Assembly (NCBI GenBank): GCA_026770705.1
Contig: JANJGN010000005.1
Span: 191,952,001-192,016,000, forward strand
DNA: 64,000 nucleotides
Direction of reading: 5' to 3'
Origin: Isurus oxyrinchus
Taxonomy: Eukaryota
A program made the translations under genes and the position numbers. Below the pieces are notes generated by a model. The model worked only from the letters and a program-made list of their open reading frames with translations. It was not told the DNA's origin and ran no database searches. Of this stretch, positions 24,576 through 37,464 are shown in pieces (positions within the stretch are counted from its first letter, which is position 1; every line of letters starts with the position of its first letter).

Positions 24576-26067
24576 TGTTATTGGAATTTATTGTAAAATA
24601 GTGATACCTGTATCTATATATGTCTGTGCATGTGAGATTTAATTGGATTAAAGGCAGCTGGTCTGAAGGCTTTGACGTATTAGGAGCTGAGTTAGGTTTG
24701 AAGTGTTAAGTGGATAAACCTGGGGGAAGTTTAGAATGTGAGGCGTAAAAGAACATTTGCATTTTTAAATAAACCCGGCTAGATTGTTTTCAAAGGAAGG
24801 GGGTGAAATGTGTCACCCAGCCAAGTGAAGATCAGAAACAATGACCAGAATTTTTGGCTCGGCAAGTGGGGGTGGGGCCCACTCACCGAGGAGTAAAATG
24901 ACCCGGGGTAATGTTGGGTGTGCGTCCCGAGGTCACTGTGCGTCATTCAGGTTTTCAGTGTCAAAGGCCTATTAAGGCCTGTTAAAAACTAATTAAACTA
25001 ATAAACTGAGCTACCCATCCAATCTTAAGGTTGGGGGGCAGGCAAAGAGCCCAGGCGATGCTTACATTTTTAATGAAACCTCATCCACAGGCGGGATGAG
25101 GTTTCAGGAAGTGTTTAAAAATTAAATCATTTTTTTTTTTAATTCATTGGCATGTCTCAGTTCATGACACTGTCATATGAGGGGACATGTCTTAAAATTT
25201 TTGATTTTCTTTATTCAGATGTTTAAAAGTTAAATTAATCTCCGTGAGGCATGTGCGTAATAGAGCGCAGGCCCCGACTCGGGGAAACCCACACAGTGAG
25301 TGCTCAGCACTTCCAGGTGCACATCACACTAGGTGGGCCTTAATTGGCCGGCCCATGTAAAATGGCGGCACAGACCCGATCAGGGGCGCTGATCAAGTTC
25401 ACACCCGCTCCCACCCACCCCTGCACAACCCTCACGATGGGGGTGGGGGGTGGCGGACGGAATTCTCCCCAGTGTGTTTATTCTTCCCAAATATTACTGG
25501 TAAAATTGGTATAATGATAAACTTTTATGATCAGGGAGGTAAAGTCCAAAGACATAGTGAAACAATGGGAATTTGCATTCAAAGTGGAAAATATGTATAA
25601 AGGAGAGAAGGCTGTGTGTAAAGGCAGGCATTTTAAGACCCAGCAAGTGTGAAATGCCTTCAGCATCCAAGCCTCAAGCTGCTGTCTACAAAGAACTGAA
25701 GTTAAGAAAACTCACTTTGAATTGGATTGTTCAGGGTATCATCTTCCTTTGCCTGGGACTTTTAAAATCTATGTGTCTTACCGTTTCCTTAACTGAGGTA
25801 TAACTGGGTGTCAGATTAAGTAGGGGATTTAGAAGTTATTATAGTAGTAATTTGTAGACTTATGTATGTCCTTAAATCATTTCCCTTATTAACGAATGGT
25901 TAATTTAGTTCTGCGAAAAAATGTATAAAACTCAGTGGTCTTATTACTACTGAATTCAAAGCCCACATCTTAAAATATATAAATTGCAAAATTAGTTGTG
26001 CAAGTTGTTTCAAGTTTCACTCTGGGATTTGAACAACTCAACATTTACCATCAGCTGTGCCATAACA
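24576..26067 (+). mobile_element. Solo LTR (family 2) interrupted by a MITE
   Basis: TGTTA...TAACA termini and a TATAAA-like box near 25597. Homologous to 3041-3936; MITE inserted at about 24843-25469. Confidence 0.75.
24843..25469 (+). mobile_element. Harbinger-type MITE
   Basis: GACCAGAATTTT...GGAATTCTCCC termini and internal hairpins. The host LTR is colinear on both sides. Confidence 0.8.
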
Positions 26068-26719
26068 GGGATCTTGCAGAGTTGCCTAACTCTTGCCACT
26101 TGCCACCAGCATCATATGTTCAATGGCACTGGGAATGTGTGTACTACTAGAATGGAGGGACGAGATCTTCCAAAGTCCTCCTGTCCCTCAGCATCAGATC
26201 ATGCACTTAACTGGGCCTTGCTGGGGCCTTGTCTGAGAGCGCACTGATGTGGTCTTGGAGGTCCTTTGCTTCTGTAGGTAGTCCAGGCTGCAGCAGCATC
26301 ATGATTCTCCCTCTTGATGGCAGAAGCCCATTATCTGTACAGTGAATGACCCCTGAGCCAGGGAACTGGTACAGAGGGGTTTGACCCAGCACCAGCTCAG
26401 ACCAGAAGAGGGAAATCCAGCCCTAGGAGTGATAATCCTGTCTAATGCAGGTGAGAGAGGAGGCCAGTTAGCCATATCTTTATATCACATGAAGATTATA
26501 GCAGATAGCAGGCGGAATTTATTTGTCGCTCTCTCCCGTAGTGAGTTTAATGGCAGGCGGTGTGGGGGGAACAGTGTGGCAGGAGCTGAATAATCAGTTT
26601 CCCACTGGCATAAAATGATGGCAGGATCTTCTGCTCCCACCTGACATGGCAGCTCACCATTTCCACCAGAGGCTGACACAAAACCGCTTTGCATCCTGTT
26701 AATGGGATATAGGTGAAGG

Positions 26720-27690
26720 CTCGACTGGGATCTTCTCCCCCCACCAACCCCACCAACCCCCTGTCCAACTGGGATCTTCTCCCCCCACCCCACCCCACCA
26801 ACCCCCTGCCCAACTGGGATCTTCTCCCCCCACCCCACCCCACCAATCCCCTGCCCAACTGGGATCTTCTCTACCCACCCCACCCCCACCAACCCCCTGC
26901 CCAACTGGGATCTTCTCCCCCCACCCCACCCCACCAACCCCCTGCCCAACTGGGATCTTCTCTACCCACCCCACCCCCACCAACCCCCTGCCCAACTGGG
27001 ATCTTCTCCCCCCAGCCCACCCCACCCCCACACCACCAACCCCCTGCCCGACTGGGATCTTCTCCTCCTCCCCACCCCACCACCAATCCCCTGCCCAACT
27101 GGGATCTTCTCCCCCCAGCCCACCCCACCCCCACACCACCAACCCCCTGCCCGACTGGGATCTTCTCCTCCTCCCCACCCCACCACCAACCCCCTGCCCG
27201 ACTGGGATCTTCTCCTCCTCCCCACCCCACCACCAATCCCCTGCCCAACTGGGATCTTCTCCCCCTCCCCCCCCCCCACACCACCAACCCCCTGCCCGAC
27301 TGGGATCTTCTCCTCCTCCCCACCCCACCACCAACCCCCTGCCCAACTGGGATCTTCTCCCCCTCCCCCCCCCCCACACCACCAACCCCCTGCCCGACTG
27401 GGATCTTCTCCTCCTCCCCCCCCACACCACCAACCCCCTGCCCAACTGGGATCTTCTACCCCTCCCCCCACCACCAACCCCCTGCCCAACTGGGATCTTC
27501 TCCTCCTCCCCCCCAGCCGCCCGCACCATCCCCCTACCCGACTGGGAGCTTCACCCCCCGCCCCCCACCCCCCACCAACCCCCTGCCTGACTGGTATCTA
27601 CTCCCCTCTATGACCCTCTCCATGACCCTGCTGCTCGACTGGGATCTTCTCCCCCCTCCACAACCTCCCCTGCCCGACTGGCATCTCCCC
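26720..27690. repeat. Minisatellite, ~45-55-bp unit AACCCCCTGCCC(A/G)ACTGGGATCTTCTC+C-rich spacer
   Basis: About 20 tandem units, inside a probable TIR element starting GGCGGAATTT at about 26511. Confidence 0.95.
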
Positions 27691-28229
27691 CCATCCCCCA
27701 CCCCCGTCCAATTTTCCGTGACACCAGCCGGTTTTCACGCTGATTCAGACCACCTCTGGACCAATGTGGCGTGGACATGGCTGACTTACCCACAGGAAGG
27801 CCTGGCGCAGTCTACGGAGATCAGAAGGGAAGCTGGAGGCCTCCAGCGAACAGACTCTGGAACACCACGCGCAGCACTGGGTGGGTGGAGCATCTACCAT
27901 GTGGATCTTCTAACTTCTGGACCTTCCAGGAAGTGGATCTTCTCCTTCAACAGTGGGTAAGCTGATGTCCAGCGCCTTATAAATATGGCGCCCAGATATG
28001 ATGGCGATGTGCGCAAAACTTCGGGGAACGCCTGACTGCGTAATTAATTCGGCCAGCATCGCACAATAATGCGCAAATTCCCATCAGCCTTTACGGCAGG
28101 AAACTCTCCTCGTTCCCAGCCCCTCCACGGGCCTTAGTCCCAGGATGGAAAACCCCAACAAGCCACTGCCCCAGCAAGAATTCCACATGTTCACAATTCT
28201 GCTGGTGATTTAGTCCCTTGTGTTTTGAT

Positions 28230-28775
28230 TAACTGGTCTGGTCGGCCTCCCACCCACCTTGTGCTCTCCATAAACTTCAGGTCATATAAAACTCTGCTGT
28301 CCAGGTCCTAACTCACACCTGTTCCCCCATCACCCCTGTGCTTGCTGACCTATATCAGCTCCCAGTCCAACAGCACCTAGATTTTAAAATCCTCATTCTT
28401 GTTTTCAACTCCCTTCGTGATCTCATCCCTCCCTACCTCTGTAACCTCCTCCAACTCTCCCAGATCTCTGCACTCTTCCAATTCTGGCCTCTTGAGCATC
28501 CCCAATTTCCATCGCTCCACCATTGGCGGCTGTGCCTTCAGCTGCCTGGGGCCCTAAGCTCTGGAATTCCCTCCCTAAACTCCACCCCATCTCTACCCCT
28601 CTTTCCTCCTTTAAGATGCTCCTTAAAACTGGCATCTTTGACCAAGTTTTTGGTGACCTGTCCTAATATCTCCTTATGCGGCTCGGTGTCAATTTTTGTC
28701 TGATAACACTCCTGTGAAGCATTTTGGGATGGCTTAGCACTTTGAAGTTGCTATATTAATGCAAGTTGTTGTTAA
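28230..28775 (+). mobile_element. L2-clade LINE 3' end
   Basis: LHKLQVI.NSAVQVLT...PITPVLADLYQLPVQQHLDFKILILVFNSLRDLIPPYL (L2 ORF2 C-terminus) plus the tail GCTATATTAATGCAAGTTGTTGTT. A further fragment lies at about 18585-18720. Confidence 0.85.
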
Positions 28776-29494
28776 ATTCACAAATTTATGGAAAGCATGG
28801 ACCAGTGAATGGGTGCGTTGGTGGGGGTGAAGTGGAGAATATGGGGGCTCCCTGGACCAGTGAATGGGTGGGTTGGTGGGGGTGCAAAGAAGAGTATGGG
28901 GTCTCCTTGTGCTGTTGACCTACCTACACTGACATCTGGTGAAGCTTCATATAGAGACTAATTTCTCATCTCTAGCTCTGTACATGTCAAGACATCTGTG
29001 AGATTCAGATTGGTGTTATGTTTGACTTGTTTATGTAAATGTAGAAAGTGTGTTGTGAAATAATTGTTTTATTGTATGCTTACTGTTATGCAATGTGTCC
29101 TTGGGCCTTTCACTTTTCACTGCATTCTCTGGCTGAGCACGTATTGACACTTTTCAGGTCACCTCCAGTTTTAAAGATTTGGAAACATTCCTCTGATTTG
29201 TTAACCAATAATAAATGGTATAAACAGGAGATAATTGCACATTCCCTTCTCATCCCCTGCACGTTTCATTGCTTTATGATTTGAAACGGCTGGACAAAGG
29301 CAGCCAGATTCTACTGAATTTCCTTTCATGAATTAAATAAGCTGCCCGCCTAATTAGAAGTGAGAATTTACACAAAATATCCAGTCCCTTTGTTGCCTTG
29401 CTTTTAATGCAAAAAAACACAGAGCGAAGGATTGAGGGGCAGAAGTCCACAGAAAATGTGAAAGGTTCTAAAGGGAGATATCTGTGAACTTAGA

Positions 29495-29905
29495 TATGGC
29501 TCATTGGGTAGCTCTGGCCTCTGAGTTGGAAGACAGGGACTTGAGCCCGTGATCCAGGTTGACAGTCCGGTGCTGCACGGTCAGAGGTGCCACCTTTCAA
29601 ATAAAACAGGCCCCCCCTGCCCTCTCAGGTGAATGTAAACGATCCATGGCACTATTTGAAGAAGAGCAGAGGGGTTCTCCCTCACGTCCTAGCCAATATT
29701 TATCCCTCAGCCAGTATTATGAATGCAGTTATCTAGCCATTATTGTGTCACTGTTTGTGGGATCTTGCTCTGCACAAAGCGGCTGCCAGGTTTCCTGCGT
29801 TACAACAGTGACTACACCTCAAAAATGGAGCTCATCGGCTGTAAAATGCTTTGGGGTGTCCTGAGGTTGTGAAAGGCGCTGTAGAAATGCAAGTCTTTTT
29901 TTTTC
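29495..29905 (+). mobile_element. Deu-domain SINE
   Basis: CTCTCAGGTGAATGTAAACGATCCATGGCACTATTTGAAGAAGAGCAG...GTGAAAGGCGCTGTAGAAATGCAAGTC. Confidence 0.8.
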
Positions 29906-30035
29906 TCTCACTCCCGCATTGTTGCCCTTTCAATTTAAAATTTATTCCAGGACAACTCTTCATTATGTATCCCTTTCCCACAGGTTTTTACTGAACTGAA
30001 AGCCCAGCTGACGACATTGCAAACTGAACAGCGTG

Positions 30036-30390
30036 GGCCAGAATTTTCCCGTCGGCGATTTGGGGGCGGGGCCTGCTCGCCGAGGGGAAATTGATCGCGG
30101 GGTGACATCGGGAGGAACCCCCTGACATCATCCTGGCCCCTTTAAATTTTCAGGAAGGTGGGGGGACAGCGAAGTCAGCTGTCCGCCCACCAACCTGTCA
30201 GTGGCCAATTGAGGCCATTGACAGGATCATTCAGATCATTAAAGACCCTGTCCATCCAACCTTAAGGCTGGTGGGCAGGCCAGGAACCCCAGCGGGCTTC
30301 TGATTATACAGGAAACCTCATCCACTGGCGGGATGAGGCTTCATGTCCCTTTTTAGAAAGTTTAAGAAAGTTTATATCGTTTTTATTATT
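30036..30390 (+). mobile_element. Harbinger-type MITE, 5' half
   Basis: TIR GGGCCAGAATTTT; colinear with 21700-22050. Confidence 0.8.
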
Positions 30391-30640
30391 ACCTTGCACA
30401 AAAGGATGCCTGCAGTTACTGCAGTAAAATCCCCAGTGCACCTAACCGTAAACACAGGCTCTAAACAAGGGCACACATAGTTTCAGGGAAAGACATACTT
30501 GCCAGCAATTATTTGTCGAGTGATATTTTAACGTTTACTGTGATTCTGGTTGCAAAGTTAAATCCTGCCAATCGGCTCATGTTGTCGGTGAGAGGGAGAG
30601 AAAAAGGTCTTTGAATATGATTGGCCAAAATGAAACACAT

Positions 30641-30960
30641 GGGGCAGAATTTTGCCCTTGGTGGGCGGGCAGCCGAATTCCGCCGCTGGAACGGGGCCCG
30701 CTGCCAATTTAAGTGCCATTCAAAGCAGGGGCGATCTCCCCGGTGCCCCCTGGGCTAATATTTATCTTTCGATCAGTGTCATTAAGACGAATGATCTGGG
30801 CCATGATCACATTGTTGTTTCGGCAGGTGGCTGTGCACAAATCGGCTGCTGTGTTTCCCCCACACTACAACAGTCACTGCACTTTGAAAGTACTTCATTG
30901 ACTGGAGAGGACTTTGGGATGTATTGAGGCCATGTTGCTGTATAAATGCAAGTCCTTTCT
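30641..30960 (+). mobile_element. MITE left end fused to a Deu-SINE 3' half
   Basis: GGGCAGAATTTTGCCC start (about 85 bp), then SINE body and tail from about 30726. Confidence 0.6.
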
Positions 30961-31259
30961 CTATCCAGTCAGATACTGGCACCTCTTTCCAAATCTGTTA
31001 TTGTGGAGACTTCACTGAAAGCCTGGAGAGAATTGAAGGAGGTCAGCCCAGCCATCTGTTGAAATAATAGCTGTGTCTGTAGGACTTTCAAACAACATCC
31101 CCTGTTAAATAAAGAGTTGCTTGGAATTGTACCTCAACGTAGATAATTGAAAATTTAAAGAGTAAAGTTTGAAACTGAAGTGAAATATATCTGGCTGTAT
31201 TCATGGTGAGGGGGAGCTACTGAGATGTGATGTCATGGTGCTGCATTTAACACTTGTGC

Positions 31260-32065
31260 CAATGGATTCATGGAGTCCAATGATAGGTTGGAGTATAACA
31301 GTAAGGAAGTCTTGCTGCAATTATATAGGACTTTGGTGACATCTGGAGCACTGAGTACAGCTTTGTGATCCGTACCTAAGGAAGGATATATTTGCCTTCG
31401 GGAGGTGTAACAAAGGCTCACCAGGTTGATTAGTCTGAGAACCACGATGCGGGATTGAGTAGAACGACCTATCTCCCATGGAGTATGAAAGAGCGAGCGG
31501 TGATCTTAGTGAAATGTATTTGATTCCGACAGGGCTTTACAGGGTAGATGCTGAGAGACTGTTTCCCTTGGGTGGAGAGTCTAGAACATTCTTTTCCTTT
31601 ATTCTTCCATGGAATGTGGTAATCCCTAATTGCTGTTGAACTGAGCGGCTTGCTAGGTCATTTCAGGGAGCATTTAAGGGTCATCCACATGGCTGTGGAT
31701 CTGGAGTTACATGTAGGCCAGACCAGGTAAGGATGGCAGAGTTCCCTCCATATAGGGCATTAGTGACCCAGATGGGTTTTTAACAATAATCGATGATAGG
31801 TACATGGTCACCATTACCGAGACTGAGGTTTATTAACCGAATTCAGATTCCACCAGCTACCATGTGGGATTTGAATTTATGTCCCCAGAACATTAACCTC
31901 TGAGTTACTAATCCAGCAAGATTACCATACACCACCAGCTCCCCAAAGGCATAGAATCAGAGTCGGGGGTTTTCCATTTAGAATTGAGATGAAGAGAAAT
32001 GTCTTCAGAAATGTCTTTGCTGTGAATTTTTGGAATTCTCTACCCCGTTGTTAAATATATTCAAG
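31260..32065 (+). mobile_element. CR1 fragment interrupted by SINE family B (31590-31945, minus)
   Basis: CR1 ORF2 motifs (EVLLQLYRTLV...; GGAGAGTCTAGAAC) resume after the SINE at about 31950. A PLE tail follows at about 32065-32150. Confidence 0.7.
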
Positions 32066-33285
32066 TTCGATGAAAGGTTAACTCTGTTTCTCTCTCCAAA
32101 GATGTTACCTGACCTGCTGAGTATTTCCAGCATTATCTGTTTTTATTTATACTTTACAGAAGTTGATTTTCCAGCAAGAAGCCCACCTGATGGCCCTTGT
32201 TTTGTACAAGGTTACCAGTGAACACTTGCTTCCTACAGAGATGCCAGTGGTTTATGGGTTAAATATGTTAATAAAATCCACGGAATTTGCTGTCAGGCTC
32301 TGATTTCCAACAGACGGGTAAGAGGAGAGGAGAAATTATTATGATCTATTACCATGTTAATTAATTTACTTTAAATCAAGTCATTTTCTCTTGTTCACAG
32401 TGAGGCGTAATTTCAGCCGGGCCCCTGGAGGCTTTCACATCTGGCTCATATCTCAGCTCCAAGACTCGTGCTCCTTATCCTCCTCTGACCCCGTGCTCTC
32501 CACCATTTTAGATATTTCTGCTTCTCAGCACCACAGACAAAAACATTGAAATATAAAATTTAATGGCTTTGCCAGCGCAGATGAAATGTGGTGATGGCTG
32601 TGCGCCAGCGCTGCCTGCCAGCCGGAAATCTGTCTCCACATGCCTCCCTTTGGAACTGGCTGCTTCTGTGTAAAGGAAGTATTTCTGTGCCTCCTCCCAT
32701 GTTGAATCTGGAAGGTTCTGGAGCTCACTGCTGTTTTTCTGTTAAACACAGGAGAAGCTTGCGCTTATATCACACACATTGTGACCTCAGGGATATCCCA
32801 AACAACTTTACAGCCAATGAAATACTTTTGAAGTGTAGTCGCTGTTGTAATGTAGGGAACGCAGCGACCAATTTGAGCACAGCAAGTTCCCATCAACAGC
32901 AATCTTTTTTTTTGTGGCGTTGGATGAGGGATATAAGTAGGACAGGAATCCAGGAGTACTCCCCAGCTCTTCTTAGAGGCCCATCCAATCATCCAAGATT
33001 CACAAAAAGTGCGGTCACTGGCGTGAGAAAAGATGGTTTACCCACTGGCTGCATTGGAGGGATTTCGTCCCATCATTGCATCGGCCCATTCCCGGCGCGT
33101 CCCGCCTCGTTAATAACGCATTCACGGGGAACATGCCGGATCGCTGGCGGGCAGGCTTGGATTTACCCACCACGCTGTGACCTCAGCGCTTCCTCGCTCC
33201 GGACACCATATTTAAAGTGCACCAGAGCTCAGCCCACTTCACGTCTACAGACCGGGACCGCTCCAGGTGACAGGGAGTCCCAAAA

Positions 33286-34970
33286 GCAAAGAAGACGGCA
33301 GCCCCCAAATTTAGTGACGCCTCTCTGGGGTGTCTGCTGGATGTGCTGGAAGGATGTCGCTACGTTCTCTACCCCAGCTCTGGCCACAAGACGTCCACCA
33401 GAGTGACCAATCCGGTCTGGGAGCCGGTGGCAGTGGTGGTCAGTACCACCAGAGCACAGAGGAGGTCAGCCATCCAGTGCAGGAAGAGGGTGAATGATCT
33501 CATCCATTCCCCAGAGTAAGTCAACCACCTCATCACTCTCAGCTCACACACTCACCAATCCGTCACACACCCACAGGGACCTCACACCTCAAGGGACAAC
33601 ACCACTAACTCTCACACACACCCTCACATCTCCATCAGCCTCATATCCTCTGGAGCTCGTGTCCTCATCCTGTCCATGGCTCCTCTCACCACACAAACAG
33701 CCCACACAGTGCCATGTGTCCTGCTCACACTCTCTCCATCTGTTTCCATGCAGGAGAAGCTGGTTCATAGCAGCAGGGAGAGGTCCCAGGCTGGGGATGG
33801 AGTGGCCCACATTAGGCCCCTCACTCACTTTGAGGAGTGTGTCATCCCGCTGACTGGTGAGGACACGGACTCTGTCTGTGGCCACAGTGAGGTCAGAGGT
33901 GAATGCCCTCTTGGGGATCCTGCACCACATCATCCCCCTCTCAACACAACTGTGAGTGCGCTCTCTCTCTCTGTCTCTCTCTCTCCTGCTTTTGACTCTG
34001 CTGCCAGGCACTAATTATCTCTACTTTGGTTCACAGGGAGCTCTGCCAAGCGACCGACACCCTCAGCCAGGCAGTCCCTCAGCTCCATCCAGGTCCTCAC
34101 CTCCAGCCAAGAGAACACCTCCTCCATTGAACTGGAAATAAGCAGCCTGGAAGACCCGTCACAGCGCTTACCCACACCCTCCACCAGTGCAGAGACACAC
34201 ACCTCGGTGGGACCTAGATCTGGAGCAGGCTCGGGTTCACGATCTGGACACGTGTCTGCAGCAGGAGGAGGCAGGTTCAGCCGAGCTCCCCGGCACTCGG
34301 AGGGCTGCTGGGGAACAGGCATCAGTGAGGTCCCAGTCAGATGATGAACCTCTAGATTCAACCTTCCAACTCAACAATGGAGAGTCAGCAGGAGGTGGGG
34401 GAATGTCATGCAGAGCTGTTGGAAGCCCTCAACAGAGTGACGCACAAGTTGGAGGAATCCATCTGCCTGCTCTCTGACGAAGTTGTGCTCACATGTGTGC
34501 CTATGGAGGTCTCCATGGGAAGGATAGTGAACACCATGGAAACCCTTGTCCAGCAGAACGCGGAGCTGCACGCAGACCCGCCCTGCATTGCAGTAGCCAT
34601 TAGTGAGCTCCTGTAGTGGCAACATGAGAGGGAAACAGGGCACCTTGACATCCCTCTAGGTACTCCTTCCCCTCAAGGAGTCAGGCCGGGGCCCTCGGGC
34701 ACCCGAAGGGAGGAGAAGTGGCAGCTGGACATCCACTCGGGAATCTCAGAGGCTGTCCACTCCCGCACAGTCCCTTTTGCCTGTGACCCCTTTGACCTTG
34801 TCCTCTATCACCGCAGAGGGAGCAGCTGGCCCAGAGGAGGACAGCGAAAGCAAGCCGGGTCCCTCAAGGCCTCGGCTCTCCAGAGGAAGCACACCAAAGT
34901 CATCAGAGGCAACAGGGCCAACCCGACACAAGCTGTCTCCACCCCTGCTGCGGGTGTCAGGGCCGTATTA
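33286..34970 (+). pseudogene. Spliced Myb/SANT-like DNA-binding protein gene of Harbinger type (3 exons, decayed)
   Basis: Exon 1 AKKTAAPKFSDASLGCLLDVLEGCRYVLYPSSG...NPVWEPVAVVVS...RRSAIQCRKRVNDLIHS with donor GTAAGT at 33516. Acceptor CAG|33754 gives EKLVHSSRERSQAGDGVAHIRPLTHFEE. Acceptor CAG|34037 gives a S/T-rich linker and coiled coil (AELLEALNRVTHKLEESI). TATTTAAA at 33209-33216. Frameshifts and stops present. Confidence 0.8.
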
Positions 34971-35899
34971 GAACAAGTGGTGGGCTGAGGAAAGTTAAGA
35001 AATTCTGATCACAAGTGGCTGCACGGGTGAACATACTTTGTCACTTTATATCTGAAAATATATTCGCTTTCACTGAATAACGTGTAGTATTGTCTTTTAG
35101 CTTCATTGACAGGCATGGCAAACTCCCATTGCAAGCCCCCACTGGCAATTCAGCTGCACGTAGTCGGACTGCGAGTGATTCTGGAGGGAGGTGGGTGTGT
35201 GGTAGGGCCTTTCGGAGCCTTGTGCAAGCATCTCGCACACACCCAGAGCCTTTATCCATCACACTCAGCTCACTGTCCCGAGCACTTTCAATGCTGCCTG
35301 CTGAGGTTCTCTTTCAGTTGTCCATGTGAGCTGACCTGCGTCTCCACCCACCCACTGATCACACTCTCATGCAACACATGGCTCCGCTCACTTTCGATTT
35401 CGACAACCATGATCCTAGCGAAGTTTAGGATCAGTTCTCCCATCCTTTCTCCGTTCCCAGCCACCCATGTCCTTTCCCTGATCACTGTTGACTCCCTTGG
35501 CATCACCTTCCACCGTCACCAACCAACTCAAACCCTTGTCTTTCCAGGATGTCCAGGTGAACATGCATGTTCCCTACCTTCCTGAGAATCCCAGCCCCAT
35601 CCACATTGAGCTCCCCAACCTCCTGCTTTCCACCCCCAGGATCCGTGTCTGCTTCCAAGTCCCCACCAACCAGACTCACCGTCCCCTCTACTATTACTGA
35701 TGCACCCTCACCCTCCCATCCTACCAGCTCCCTCTGCCCCTTCTCACGCTCACCATTCCTCCCTACCACACCCGCCCTCAGTTCAGTCCCTGGGAGGCAG
35801 TCATTGACCCCACAGACCCCGCCCTTGCACGTTCACCTGAACATCCACCCCTCTGACTCCCTCCATCATCCTTACTCCCTCCTCCAGCCTTACTCCCTC

Positions 35900-36025
35900 C
35901 TCCCCCCAGACACCTTCCACTTTCCAAACTCCATCCTCCCCCCAGACACCTTCCACTTTCCAAACTCCATCCTCCCCCCAGACACCTTCCAATTTCCAAA
36001 CTCCATCCTCCCACCAGACACCTTC
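35900..36025. repeat. 33-bp tandem repeat (CCTCCCCCCAGACACCTTCCACTTTCCAAACTCCAT-like)
   Basis: About 3.5 units within the C-rich interior of the Harbinger-type element. Confidence 0.85.
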
Positions 36026-36934
36026 CCCTCTTCAAGCTTCTTCCTTTACATCTTCCTCCCCCAATTACGCCTACCTTCCCCCTTGCATTCTCCCGTTACA
36101 CCCTCGTCCCCCACATACCCTCCTCCTCCTCTCAACCTCACCTCCCCCAACACCTTTGTTCCCCCCCCCCCGCTTTCCAACCTCATACTCCCCACCCCCC
36201 AGTACACCTTACTCTTCTGCTCATAGCTAGACTTTCCTTTCCTCCCTTTGTCTGATCATCTGTAACAGCCCATGGCCAAGACCATGATGTCCCAAAGCAT
36301 CAATGGAGACCTCCCACCTTCCGTGAGCTGCTTCATGGTGGAGTCATGTCCACGAGAATCCACCCAGCGTGCGATGCATGTGTTCCTCCAGGGTCCGGTA
36401 GCTGTGAGAGTTCCAGCATCTTCTGCTCCTCAGAAGTTCCTCATTTGAACAGGATCGTAACAGTAAGTCCCAACTTCCGCATGTCACACTTGTCCAGATG
36501 TGTCCTGGGTGGAGTATTTTCCTGATGGTGTAATGGTAAATTGGGCTTGTGTGGACGATTCCGGTTGAGCCTCGGATCGACACCGTCATCCAGCGGGATT
36601 TGCGTTCCATCATGGTGGACACCATCGGATGATCCCACTGTGATTTCACACCAGCGTGAAATCAATTTCTGCCCCTCACGCCAAATTGTCCCCTCCCCCG
36701 CTCGCCATGACAACCACCGCCAAGGGGACTGAACAATTCCGCCCACGGTATCTTTTAGTTCCAATTGAGAGGGCAGACGGGGTCTCGGTTTAATCTCACT
36801 CAATAGGCGGTACCTTCAACCTCCAATAAGAGGGCCAGCCTGGATTATGTGCTTGTGTTTCTGGGCTGGATCTTGAACTCACAACTTCCTGGCCCAGAAG
36901 TGAGCGTGCGGTTCATTGAGTGACAGGAGACAAT

Positions 36935-37350
36935 TTTTTCTTTATTCATTCACCGGTGGCTAACAAAGCCAACGTCTGTTCCATCATTGACCTACAGAAA
37001 GTGGTGATGAGCCACATTCTCCAATACAACTGAGTGCCTTGCTAGGGCCATTTTCAGAGGGCATTTAAGAAACAACCACATTGCTGTGGGTCTGGAGTCA
37101 CACGTGGGCCAGATCAAGTAAGAATAGCAGGTTTCCTTCCCTAAAGGGCATTCGTGAACCTGATACGTTTTTATGACAATCCAATAGTTTCATAGTCACC
37201 ATTACTGAAATTAGCTTTTTGTTCCAGATTTGTTTAATTTATTGAATTTAAAATTCCCCAACAGTTGTGGTGGAATTTGAACTCATGTCTCTGTGATCAT
37301 TAATCTAAACCTCTAGATTAATAGTCCAGTGACATAACCATTGTGCCACT
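36935..37350 (-). mobile_element. SINE family B, near full length
   Basis: tRNA-like head (GGTTATGTCACTGGACTA...GAGTTCAAATTCCACC), central block and family-A-like tail, all on the minus strand. Confidence 0.75.
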
Positions 37351-37464
37351 ATTAAATTGAATAGGTTTCCACCAATTCCCACTGTCTCTCTTTCTTTTGT
37401 TGTGTTTCTCTTTAGTGAACTTTGAACCTCTGAATTAACTTTCTGTTCTTGAATTTCACTTGGA

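Larger units (their letters stand above)
32976..36744 (+). mobile_element. ~3.8-kb Harbinger/PIF-type DNA element inserted in a Deu-SINE
   Basis: The minus-strand SINE stops at about 32975 and resumes at 36745-36925. Right TIR AATTCCGCCC matches the MITE TIR type; left TIR is lost. Carries a Myb/SANT gene. Confidence 0.75.

Noticed and set aside
26720-27690. Repeat-spacer pattern resembling a CRISPR array
   Set aside because: The spacers are near-identical C-rich variants rather than unique sequences. The context is eukaryotic and there are no cas genes.
26699-27960. 415-aa and 276-aa Pro/Gly/Trp-rich ORFs
   Set aside because: They are stop-free translations of a minisatellite, open in several frames on both strands.
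28795-28910. Two-copy ~55-bp direct repeat (TGGACCAGTGAATGGGTG...)
   Set aside because: Simple local tandem duplication with no further structure.
32588-33406. 272-aa ORF
   Set aside because: Chance read-through across unique DNA, an antisense SINE and the Harbinger left end. The Myb/SANT frame is a different one.
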